From a virus (lineage: Duplodnaviria > Caudoviricetes): 64,000 nt of DNA. Below are positions 1-7,912 of the stretch, in pieces. Each line of letters starts with the position of its first letter. Positions within the stretch are counted from its first letter, which is position 1. A program made the position numbers and the translations under genes. The DNA is taken from positions 1 to 64,000 of IMG/VR virus record IMGVR_UViG_3300028832_000130, one strand, 5' to 3'. The notes beneath the pieces are model-generated. The model was given only the letters and a program-made list of their open reading frames with translations, was not told the origin of the DNA and did not search any database.

Positions 1-41
1 AGTATTTTCATAATAGTTTTGTTTTAGGTTCTACGATACTG

Positions 42-49
42 CAAAGATA
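42..49 (-). promoter_or_regulatory. Bacteroidetes sigma-A -7 element for a gene that starts at position 11 and leaves the window leftwards
   Basis: The minus strand reads TATCTTTG (TAnnTTTG consensus), followed by the A-rich leader AACCTAAAACAAAACTATT and an ATG at 11. Confidence 0.55.
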
Positions 50-114
50 AGGAGATTATTTGAGAAAAACAAATGGATCCAAACGTTTTTTCGAAAAAAT
101 AAGAGGAAGAGCGT

Positions 115-411
115 TTATTGCTCCTCCTCCTGCTTAGAGAACACTATCTTTTTGCCGCAATGAGGGCAAGTGATGGTGTTTTGACGTTCTTCCGTCTTTA
201 CTGGCTCAAATAGTTCTACTACATCGCATCCGATTGCGTTTGCTATTCTTGTCAGCACATCTACTGACGGATTTGAGTCTACTCTCTTGCCTTTATACAT
301 TTTCCCATTTATTTGTTGGGACAAGGCAGTAGGAGTAATACCCATCTTGGCGGCTACTTGTCTCACCTCCAAGCCATGCTCTTTAATTGCTCGTTTGATG
401 TTTAGTGCCAT
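115..411 (-). CDS. XRE-family HTH regulator with C-terminal zinc ribbon
   Basis: HTH segment LEVRQVAAKMGITPTALSQQING...NPSVDVLTRIANAIGCDVVELF and a CPHCG motif. Start moved to M17 (411) because a -7 box (433-440) lies inside the longer ORF. Confidence 0.85.
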   Translation of the reverse strand: MALNIKRAIKEHGLEVRQVAAKMGITPTALSQQINGKMYKGKRVDSNPSVDVLTRIANAIGCDVVELFEPVKTEERQNTITCPHCGKKIVFSKQEEEQ

Positions 412-432
412 AATCAAAGTTATTACTCGGTG

Positions 433-544
433 CAAAATTACACAATTTTCTCTAATCAAAGCAATGAATTTGATTAAAAAATCTTAAAATTAAGCATTTT
501 CTTTGATTATTTCATTGCCAATCAAATTAATTGCTTTAAATTTG
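433..544. promoter_or_regulatory. Divergent promoter pair with three 22-bp operator-like sites
   Basis: TAATTTTG on the minus strand (433-440) and TAAATTTG on the plus strand (537-544). AATCAAA-N8-TTTGATT-like sites start at 454, 487 and 520. Confidence 0.65.
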
Positions 545-605
545 CAGCAGAAAAAGGTAACGGGTTGCGAGTATCCTAGAAAGCAACGACCCACATTAGA
601 GGTAG

Positions 606-616
606 GTTCTTTGACA
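606..616 (+). promoter_or_regulatory. boxA-like antitermination element
   Basis: GTTCTTTGACA about 60 nt downstream of the early promoter; an identical copy lies at 12934-12944. Confidence 0.5.
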
Positions 617-897
617 GACTGGCACAAAAATAGGAGAGGACAGAAAGAATGGCGAGCCAAACTGCCGAGACCCATTCTGAGGCTGTTGACACAAAGGCAG
701 GTGTAAATTACTCCCGTAAGTCTTTCGTATCGTGAGACACGTTAGATACTGCGCAATGCTGAGGAAACCACCTTAAAGATGCCTTTGTAGAGTGATATGT
801 TGTAATGCCCCATGTTTAGGCATGAGTGTTCAAAGGCACTATAAATATGCAGATGACAACTTTATTGTTTAACAATTTAATTATAGGAGATTTAATT

Positions 898-1188
898 ATG
901 TTATGTAGTAAGTTAATTATCGCCTTGTGCGATACGGACGAAGAAGTGAACAAGTTCGTACATTTCAATCAGAGAGAGTCAATAGTAAGGTATATGCAGG
1001 ATTTTTGCATGGGGTACAAGCATATTTGCGGTACACCAAGGCAAAATGCCAATTATCTTATGGTAGATGTGCAACTGGATGGTGCAGTTCCAGACTTGAT
1101 GTTTGAGCACCGTTCAAGAAATCATATAGACCATATATACGGCTACATCATGGAAGAGCCTGCAACGCTTACTGGAACTGTCAAGTAA
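898..1188 (+). CDS. Hypothetical early protein
   Basis: ORF track 826..1188; start moved to the ATG at 898, which follows an A/T-rich leader. Confidence 0.7.
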   Translation: MLCSKLIIALCDTDEEVNKFVHFNQRESIVRYMQDFCMGYKHICGTPRQNANYLMVDVQLDGAVPDLMFEHRSRNHIDHIYGYIMEEPATLTGTVK

Positions 1189-1238
1189 TTTAGACCGACT
1201 TTTATAAAAGATAATTAAAGAACCACCAACGTCGGGGC

Positions 1239-1314
1239 GTCCTGCTGATGGCTTGTGTCGTATTCAAGTGCATCTACCTTTCAAATAGGGGCAGGACAAC
1301 AATTTATTCACTAA
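1239..1314 (+). ncRNA. tRNA-like minihelix element 1
   Basis: GTCCTGC/GCAGGAC 7-bp stem, CCT-TTCAAAT-AGG T-loop-like hairpin, tail AACAATTTATTCACTAAA. Confidence 0.45.
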
Positions 1315-1320
1315 ATACAA

Positions 1321-1434
1321 ATGCTTATGGAAAGACTAACAAGTTTTGAAGTATTACTGGTTATTGCCAGTGTTATTTCTTTAGCGAGAGGGTTTATTTG
1401 GTTTATCAACGAAGTTTATTTGAAGAAGCTATGA
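1321..1434 (+). CDS. Small membrane protein (37 aa; below the ORF track cutoff)
   Basis: MLMERLTSFEVLLVIASVISLARGFIWFINEVYLKKL; its stop overlaps the next ATG (ATGA). Confidence 0.6.
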   Translation: MLMERLTSFEVLLVIASVISLARGFIWFINEVYLKKL

Positions 1435-1661
1435 GAATTTTCAAGATTAAGCGGCAGGGTATTGTATATAAGGTATACGAAGCCCTGCAAGACTTTAGCG
1501 GTCTTATTACTGGATGGAAGCTAGTTGGTAGTTCTTTCTATGAGTGGCATGCTGACAACTGGATAAAGTTACAAGGTAGACATTTTAACCCACAGACAGA
1601 CCGAGTAATGAAGACTTGGGATGGATACGGAAGATACATGAAGTCAAACTATAATTATTAA
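1431..1661 (+). CDS. Hypothetical early protein
   Basis: ORF track 1398..1661; ATGA-coupled start at 1431. Confidence 0.7.
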   Translation: MRIFKIKRQGIVYKVYEALQDFSGLITGWKLVGSSFYEWHADNWIKLQGRHFNPQTDRVMKTWDGYGRYMKSNYNY

Positions 1662-1665
1662 AGGT

Positions 1666-1926
1666 ATGAAACGTACAACTATTAAGAGCCTTACTTTAGA
1701 GGCCAACGAGATTGAGAGTGCAGATTACATGGATATTCTTATCCTTGATGTAGTTAACGGCAATTTCAGCCAGTTACACGAAAGACTGGGTAGTATGAGC
1801 AAGAAAGACCTACTAAAGGTCTTGAACGATGTTACATGGAACCTATACGGCAATGAGGGATATGCAAGTGAAGAACTGATGAAGATACACAAGTATGCCT
1901 ACAATGCTTTAAGCGACAAACTATAA
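1666..1926 (+). CDS. Hypothetical early protein
   Basis: ORF track; tightly packed in the operon. Confidence 0.7.
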   Translation: MKRTTIKSLTLEANEIESADYMDILILDVVNGNFSQLHERLGSMSKKDLLKVLNDVTWNLYGNEGYASEELMKIHKYAYNALSDKL

Positions 1927-1993
1927 AGGTAGACAAGTTAAAGGCTTGGTGCAGGGTTCAACTCCCTGCTACCTGCAATCATTTATTCACTAA
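1927..1993 (+). ncRNA. tRNA-like minihelix element 2
   Basis: AGGTA/TACCT stem, CAAG-TTAAAGG-CTTG hairpin, GCAGGG-TTCAACT-CCCTGC T-arm, tail ATTTATTCACTAA. Confidence 0.55.
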
Positions 1994-2005
1994 TACTTAT
2001 TTATT

Positions 2006-2206
2006 ATGACAAACAGAGAAATGTTAGAGAGTGCGTTGAAGAGAGTAAACACGCTCTTAGGTATCAACGGAAAGTTATACCACGATAATACTGGTTGGTT
2101 TATCATTGAGAAAGGTTTGGTATTAACACAATCTTCTTTGCCTGCAGGAGAGTTACTTGCTTACCTGCATGGAGTTGAAGCAGGGTTTAATTTTAGCAAG
2201 AAATGA
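2006..2206 (+). CDS. Hypothetical early protein
   Basis: ORF track. Confidence 0.7.
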   Translation: MTNREMLESALKRVNTLLGINGKLYHDNTGWFIIEKGLVLTQSSLPAGELLAYLHGVEAGFNFSKK

Positions 2207-2499
2207 ATATGAAGAGATTAATTCTTTCGGTAGTGCTAGCCTTAATGGTTGGCACTCCCATCTTTTCCCAAGATGTAAAGAGAGAGGGCAACACGTTTGT
2301 ACAAGTACAGAGTGATACGGTATCTTTGAAGAACGATACTAAGACCAAGTACACCTACAAGGCAAAGGACGGCAGGGAATATCCCATCTACCTTTCGAAG
2401 AACGGAAAAGCGTTCATTGTCCGAGTGAGTAAAAAGAGTGGCAAGGAGTACAGACAGTACTTGCCACAAGTGACAGAGCAATTAAACAACAAGTTATGA
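2203..2499 (+). CDS. Secreted/periplasmic small protein
   Basis: The N-terminus MNMKRLILSVVLALMVGTPIFSQ resembles a Sec signal peptide. Confidence 0.7.
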   Translation: MNMKRLILSVVLALMVGTPIFSQDVKREGNTFVQVQSDTVSLKNDTKTKYTYKAKDGREYPIYLSKNGKAFIVRVSKKSGKEYRQYLPQVTEQLNNKL

Positions 2500-2650
2500 G
2501 AGGTTTAAGACTTAACAAGAATTGGTTGTATCATCGTTGGCACGATTTAGCAGGTCAGCACTACAGAGCAAACAATGCTACAGAGTTTTTAATTTGTATC
2601 AGCAATGCTGCAAGAGTTTATAACACATATTTAAAGATAGGAGGTAAGCA

Positions 2651-2872
2651 ATGAAACCTTTGAATTTAGACTACCTTTTTAAGGTACAGAAGTACTGCGA
2701 TAAGATTTCGCAACAAAAGGAATTCGGTTATAACGAAGAATTAGCCGAGTGGGACGATACACCAATGGGACGCATCGGGGCGCAGTTAGGTTGTATAGTC
2801 GCTTCTATTGAGGAAATCTACGAGATATGGACAAACGAGACAGACAGAATAATGAATAACGTTCACATTTAG
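2651..2872 (+). CDS. Hypothetical early protein
   Basis: ORF track. Confidence 0.7.
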   Translation: MKPLNLDYLFKVQKYCDKISQQKEFGYNEELAEWDDTPMGRIGAQLGCIVASIEEIYEIWTNETDRIMNNVHI

Positions 2873-2940
2873 GGCAGATCCGTTAAAGGCGGTGCAGGAT
2901 AGTTCAAGCCTATCTTGCCCACAATATATGTTTCACTAAA
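2872..2940 (+). ncRNA. tRNA-like minihelix element 3
   Basis: GGGCA/TGCCC stem, CCG-TTAAAGG-CGG hairpin, GGATAG-TTCAAGC-CTATCT T-arm, tail TTTCACTAAA. Confidence 0.55.
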
Positions 2941-2951
2941 TTCTAACGATT

Positions 2952-3314
2952 ATGCAAAGAATGATTACAATTGAGGGATTGACATACGTTTGTAATGTTT
3001 CCCATGATGATGAAAACGAGTACTGGAGTGTTGCCAATGCTAAAGAGTTGGCAGAGTTCCTTGCAAACAATGGTTATAAGGTTGTTTCCACCTATTGCGA
3101 GGGTTGTCCGCAACAAGTTGTAACAAAGAAGAATATCCGTATCTTCAAGGGCGAGATGTACTTTCTTAACCAGTGTGAGGGAGATTTGATAGAATGGGTC
3201 GCTAACTCAATGGTTAACGATTTCACTAACTACTACGACAAAGTGCTATTCAATACTGAGGACGGCTTTGTCGCAGCGTACAGAGACGATATTAACAACA
3301 ACTGGAAATTCTAA
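2952..3314 (+). CDS. Hypothetical early protein
   Basis: ORF track. Confidence 0.75.
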   Translation: MQRMITIEGLTYVCNVSHDDENEYWSVANAKELAEFLANNGYKVVSTYCEGCPQQVVTKKNIRIFKGEMYFLNQCEGDLIEWVANSMVNDFTNYYDKVLFNTEDGFVAAYRDDINNNWKF

Positions 3315-3319
3315 CGACT

Positions 3320-3688
3320 ATGAGTACAGAGTTTTTTAACCGACTGCAAGAGGGCTTTGAAGAAGAACTTGCGGAAATCATCCAAGACGATTGCTTGGAC
3401 ATTGTTTGTGATGAAAAGGTAACGGCAAAGGACTTTGCGCATTATGTTGTCTACCTTTCCAAAGTATTGAGCGTTTCTTCCATTGTGGAGGACGAATACA
3501 AGGGAATGAAGATTAAGATACGGAACGTGTATAAAGGCTCTGTATCTGTTTCCTCTGACGATTGTACTGGAGTCAGCCGCACACTTTATTATCCTTTCCC
3601 ATACAGAAAGGACGAGGACGATTTGTTTGCAGCGTGGCTTACACTGGCACAGATGATTAACGAAGCGTGGTATCAATGTAACAACTAA
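3320..3688 (+). CDS. Hypothetical acidic early protein
   Basis: ORF track; TAACGACT-ATG leader. Confidence 0.75.
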   Translation: MSTEFFNRLQEGFEEELAEIIQDDCLDIVCDEKVTAKDFAHYVVYLSKVLSVSSIVEDEYKGMKIKIRNVYKGSVSVSSDDCTGVSRTLYYPFPYRKDEDDLFAAWLTLAQMINEAWYQCNN

Positions 3689-3693
3689 CGACT

Positions 3694-3885
3694 ATGGCAA
3701 AGAGATTTCAGTATCAACTATGTGGAAAAAGGCTCAACGGCAAGACAGAGGTACTTGCCGAGCCAGTCTCCATTACCTACGCATCATCATTCATCAAGAA
3801 CCAACGTAGGAAGTATGAGAAGTTAGGCTTCATGTATTTATTTGCATTACCATTACAACCACAATTAAATTCCAAACAGCTATGA
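3694..3885 (+). CDS. Hypothetical early protein
   Basis: ORF track; TAACGACT-ATG leader. Confidence 0.65.
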   Translation: MAKRFQYQLCGKRLNGKTEVLAEPVSITYASSFIKNQRRKYEKLGFMYLFALPLQPQLNSKQL

Positions 3886-4229
3886 AGATCGATTATAACC
3901 AGTACACACCGCTAGACGGGGCAGGAACTATTCTCAGTCCTGCATACAAATGGAGAGTTGACGAGCGTACAGAGTTGTGCCACCATATTTCGCAGGCAGG
4001 AAACCTTTTCTACTTGATGTCCTATGGTGGATACGTTATCCGCTCTATAGAGACAGAGAAGATTAAGCGTATAGAGATTGGCGATTTGGTTGTTACAATC
4101 AAGTATAACCATTTCGACAAATACCCATTTCAGGCATCCTACGACAAGGTAGACGGTACACATATCCAAAACCATGGCTGCAAGGAGTTTGGATGCATCC
4201 TAGACGAAATCAGACAATTAAGTAATTAA
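3882..4229 (+). CDS. Hypothetical early protein
   Basis: ORF track; ATGA overlap. Confidence 0.7.
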   Translation: MKIDYNQYTPLDGAGTILSPAYKWRVDERTELCHHISQAGNLFYLMSYGGYVIRSIETEKIKRIEIGDLVVTIKYNHFDKYPFQASYDKVDGTHIQNHGCKEFGCILDEIRQLSN

Positions 4230-4268
4230 CTAACAGTTGCGCACGACACGTATCTAGTGCATACTACT

Positions 4269-4769
4269 ATGAAACAAGAAGAAATGATGAAGCAGGAGTT
4301 GGAAAACAACTGCAAGAAGCACGGCAAAGAGTTATTAGGACTCCTACAAGCATACGACCTCGCAGTACTGGCTAACGATATGCAGGAAGAGCGTATCAAG
4401 GAGTGTTATAAAGAGGTATTGAAAGAGCATGCTTTCTACTCCATCCGTGATTGTTTGGATATTAAGAAAGGAGACCGTATAACAGACAACGAGGATGCGT
4501 TTTGTATGTCTGCGGATGATTTCAAGCTATACAACGAGACATACAGCACAGAGAAGCTGTGTGAGGCTGGCATAACAGACGAGAAAGGCTATTATATCAC
4601 AAATACCTTTTCCATTATGTGTAATGCCCGAAGAGATTTGGTAGAATATATTACGAATAATATCGTACCAAGTGGGATGCGTATGGATGTTTGGCGCAAT
4701 CGTGAGAGGTTGACCGTACAAGATAAATTGATAAAGATTACCAAGGATGCGTTTGGTATCGCTTCCTAA
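4269..4769 (+). CDS. Hypothetical early protein
   Basis: ORF track 4257..4769; ATG at 4269. Confidence 0.75.
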   Translation: MKQEEMMKQELENNCKKHGKELLGLLQAYDLAVLANDMQEERIKECYKEVLKEHAFYSIRDCLDIKKGDRITDNEDAFCMSADDFKLYNETYSTEKLCEAGITDEKGYYITNTFSIMCNARRDLVEYITNNIVPSGMRMDVWRNRERLTVQDKLIKITKDAFGIAS

Positions 4770-4770
4770 T

Positions 4771-4834
4771 TGCCCTGCATGGTGCTAGCCGAGGTTCGTT
4801 TCCTCGGCAGGGTACAAACAATTATTCACTTAAA
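4771..4834 (+). ncRNA. tRNA-like minihelix element 4
   Basis: TGCCCT/AGGGTA stem, GCCGAGG-TTCGTTT-CCTCGGC T-arm, tail CAAACAATTATTCACTTAAA. Confidence 0.55.
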
Positions 4835-4844
4835 AGTTAAGATT

Positions 4845-5018
4845 ATGACAACAGAAATCTACAAAAGTGTCACTATCCGAAAGTACGGAGAGTGTATCGG
4901 AGAGGGTATTTATCCCATCTGTTTTACGGATGATTTGGAGAATACTAAAGAGCGTAAAGCCATCCTGCATGATTGTTGGCAGGATGCACGAAAGTACATT
5001 GACAGAATTAAAGGTTAA
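4845..5018 (+). CDS. Hypothetical early protein
   Basis: In-frame ATG of track ORF 4770..5018, downstream of the RNA element. Confidence 0.6.
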   Translation: MTTEIYKSVTIRKYGECIGEGIYPICFTDDLENTKERKAILHDCWQDARKYIDRIKG

Positions 5019-5022
5019 GACT

Positions 5023-5292
5023 ATGACAACAAGAACTATTAATGGCATCCAGTATGAGGTTTACACCGATAAGGACTGGTGCAAGGACAGAAATTTGTCG
5101 GTTGAGGTAGGGCAACTGATTGAGCCATCCGTGTACTATCAGCTATTGAACGCACTACCACCGAAGCGTAATGATGACCTATTTCAATGTGGAGAGCCTT
5201 ACTCCCACGACTGGAATACTGGTTTGCCACTCTTTAAGACATTCGAAAGGATGGATGATAACTATTACAAGTACATTGGACTGATGCACTAA
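5023..5292 (+). CDS. Hypothetical early protein
   Basis: In-frame ATG (MTTRTING...) of track ORF 4867..5292. Confidence 0.7.
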   Translation: MTTRTINGIQYEVYTDKDWCKDRNLSVEVGQLIEPSVYYQLLNALPPKRNDDLFQCGEPYSHDWNTGLPLFKTFERMDDNYYKYIGLMH

Positions 5293-5305
5293 ACATTTCT
5301 AGGGT

Positions 5306-5458
5306 ATGAGTGTACAAGAGCAATTCTATCAGCGTTCATGCGCTTTCACAAAGAATTATGACGAAGTTTTGCCCTATTTGGGTAATCCTAACTATGAGGT
5401 AGGTAACACCTACCATGACAACGGACTATTCGACACATATTATATTAATGCAATTTGA
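5306..5458 (+). CDS. Hypothetical 50-aa protein
   Basis: MSVQEQFYQRSCAFTKNYDEVLPYLGNPNYEVGNTYHDNGLFDTYYINAI fills the gap between its neighbours. Confidence 0.5.
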   Translation: MSVQEQFYQRSCAFTKNYDEVLPYLGNPNYEVGNTYHDNGLFDTYYINAI

Positions 5459-5460
5459 TT

Positions 5461-5784
5461 ATGGATGCAAGTAAATTCCAGATTGTTGAGGACATGAGCG
5501 AGGTGCGCTCAGTTTTCAAAGAGATTTTTGAGGGAAAGACCCTAGGCACGGATGATGTGAAAATGGGAACTTTCTCCAGTAGTGTTTGTGCAGCTAAGAT
5601 TGAGGGCAATCAGATCACATTCTGTCTGCCTTTCAATGGTCCTATTACTTTGCTTTGTGAGATACTGAAGAAACACAAGTATAACAGAAGCAATACCATA
5701 TTTTGCAAGTGCGAGGTGAACGACGATAACACTATTGTCGTTGCTACTTACTACACCAAGGAATTCAAGATGTTTGACTTTTAA
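5461..5784 (+). CDS. Hypothetical early protein
   Basis: ORF track 5455..5784. Confidence 0.7.
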   Translation: MDASKFQIVEDMSEVRSVFKEIFEGKTLGTDDVKMGTFSSSVCAAKIEGNQITFCLPFNGPITLLCEILKKHKYNRSNTIFCKCEVNDDNTIVVATYYTKEFKMFDF

Positions 5785-5796
5785 CAACGATTTATT

Positions 5797-6156
5797 ATGG
5801 ATTTCAAAGATATTATCAAAGCCCATCTAGACAAGATGGCAGCGCAAGACCCTGCATTTGCAGAGCGTTACAAGGACGAGAAGAAGAGTTTGGATAAGTG
5901 CATCCAGTATATCACCTCGCAGGCCAAGAAACAAGCCAAGGGCGGTTGTGCAGCCATTGAGGATGCAGTTGTCTATGGTTGGGCGGTTCACTACTACCAA
6001 GAAGAGAATATCGAGGTGGAGAAAGCACCAAAAGCCAAGGTTGCTACTCCCAAGGCTGACAAGCCAAAGGATATTAAACCTATCAAGGCTCTTGTTAAGG
6101 ACAAGGATACTAATAAGTGTGTTCAGTTGGATATGTTTGCAGATTTTGGATTATGA
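5797..6156 (+). CDS. PcfK-like protein
   Basis: FKDIIKAHLDKMAAQDPAFAERY...KSLDKCIQYI...EDAVVYGWAVHYYQEENI pattern, directly upstream of a PcfJ-like gene. Confidence 0.75.
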   Translation: MDFKDIIKAHLDKMAAQDPAFAERYKDEKKSLDKCIQYITSQAKKQAKGGCAAIEDAVVYGWAVHYYQEENIEVEKAPKAKVATPKADKPKDIKPIKALVKDKDTNKCVQLDMFADFGL

Positions 6157-7367
6157 GGCCAAGGAATAAGTATGAAAAGAGGGTAGCGGAGATTAACGCT
6201 ACTCTCTTTGAGGATATTGCCGAGAGCAACGTCCAGTTAGTTAAGGAAGCCTGCAAGGGTTGGGATATGCGTAACTTCTGTTACTTCACGGTACACTCCA
6301 ATATGCGGGAGTTTATGGTTAAGAGGCTCTATCGTGTGTATAAGTTCACGGATAAGAACACCGACCATTTCTTTTTCGTTGAGATTATCCGAGAGTTTAA
6401 CGATGGTGAGAAGAAGCTATACTTTGCCAAGCACAGACAGATGGGTGGTTATTATGATTGCTTCACTTATTCGTCAGACATTGAACTGCGTGGGATTTAT
6501 ACCAACTACGCAGGCTATGACATCACGGATTTGTTCTCCCTTTCGATGGATTCTTACTCCGAGGATAACACCTGCGAGAGAATTAACTGCGTGAAGATTG
6601 CTCCAAAGGAACTGGCAAGGGTTATCAAGAATAATCCAGTAGCCGAGAACCTTTACAAGAATAATGATAGATTATTTGACTTCCTGCTTTGGGCACCACA
6701 CCCCAAGGAGGTATGCAGGGCTATTACACTGGCGAAGCGACATGGTTTCATCTTTGATAACGTTACTACTCCAGTATGGTTCGATATGGTACGTTCTATC
6801 ATCTATTGTGGCAAGGACTGGCACAACCCAGTATTTATAGCACCTGCCAATCTCATGTAAATGCACGATAAGTTTACCAACATGGAGTATCGCAAGCGTG
6901 AGCGTGACAGAGAGGAAAAGAGGCGCAGGAGAATAGAACTGGAGAATATCCGCCAAGAAGAAGCAATCAAGAGACAACTGGAGGAAACAAAATCTATCAA
7001 CGAGACTTATATCAAGCGTAGAAAGCGTTTCTATGACATGGTTCTGACTGACGGACTGATAGAATGTCGTGTTCTTCGTGATGTGAAAGCCTTTGAAGAA
7101 GAGGGTAGGACAATGGATCATTGCGTATTCCGCTGTAAGTACTACGAAAAACCATACTCGCTGATACTCTCGGCAAGGATAGGTGATGCAAGGGTAGAGA
7201 CTATTGAGGTTGATTTGAGCAAGTACACTATCAAGCAATGCTACGGAAAGCATGACCAGTTTACAATGTATCATCAGCGTATTATAGACCTCGTAAACTC
7301 TGAAATGAACACCATTAAGGCATACAACAGAAGACGTGTTAAGAAACAAACTAAGATAGCCGTATGA
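6153..7367 (+). pseudogene. PcfJ-like protein interrupted by an in-frame TAA at 6858-6860
   Basis: ORFs 6153..6860 and 6861..7367 are in the same frame (...CTC ATG TAA ATG CAC GAT...). The C-terminal half carries the PcfJ-like EEGRTMDHCV...LILSAR...VETIEV...QCYG pattern. Confidence 0.7.
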
Positions 7368-7426
7368 AGAGACTTATATATACAATCCTACTGATTATCC
7401 TATTCTTGATAGGACTATTTTGTTAA
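7364..7426 (+). CDS. 20-aa hydrophobic peptide
   Basis: MKRLIYTILLIILFLIGLFC; ATGA-coupled to the pcfJ-like stop. Confidence 0.5.
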   Translation: MKRLIYTILLIILFLIGLFC

Positions 7427-7465
7427 ACCATAAGAGCTGCGCTATCGGCATGACGGGCAATTATT

Positions 7466-7675
7466 ATGAAAAGAAAGAAGTTATCATTTGACATTCTCTT
7501 CCTAAAGACTGACGGAAGAACGATACTGGAGTGCAGACAGACCACGCACAATACAATGGACGAAGCCAAACACGAAGCAGAGTTATATAAGGCATGGGCA
7601 GAGTGCCATTACGGATGCAAGGTCGGGTACAATATTTCGGAGTATCAGACAATAAACAACATCAGATTACGTTAG
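7466..7675 (+). CDS. Hypothetical protein
   Basis: ORF track. Confidence 0.6.
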   Translation: MKRKKLSFDILFLKTDGRTILECRQTTHNTMDEAKHEAELYKAWAECHYGCKVGYNISEYQTINNIRLR

Positions 7676-7685
7676 ATATTTAACT

Positions 7686-7892
7686 ATGGAAGAAGAACAG
7701 AAAACGCCAAAGCCTAAAGGCGGTGCTCGACCAGGAGCAGGAAGAAAGCCAAAGGGTGGGGTAGGTACTGAGCATGTCGGTGTCCGCCTCAACAAAGAGT
7801 ATATACAAATAATAAAGGAGAACTACGACAATTTTTCGACCTTTGTCGATAAGGCTGTCAAGAACCAACTAATAAGGGAGGGACTTATCTAG
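7686..7892 (+). CDS. Small DNA-binding protein (GGARPGAGRK motif plus ribbon-helix-helix-like region)
   Basis: GGARPGAGRKPKGG followed by HVGVRLNKEYIQIIKE...FVDKAVKNQL. Confidence 0.65.
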   Translation: MEEEQKTPKPKGGARPGAGRKPKGGVGTEHVGVRLNKEYIQIIKENYDNFSTFVDKAVKNQLIREGLI

Positions 7893-7906
7893 TCTCTCCC
7901 TTTTTT
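7875..7906. terminator. Bidirectional intrinsic terminator between the early operon and the integrase
   Basis: AAGGGAGGGACT-TATCT-AGTCTCTCCCTTTTTT. Confidence 0.75.
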
Positions 7907-7912
7907 GTGTCC

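Noticed and set aside
1927-1974. Calling the minihelix elements canonical tRNAs
   Set aside because: They lack a D-arm, are too short, and have no CCA or proper cloverleaf spacing. They are kept as tRNA-like elements only.
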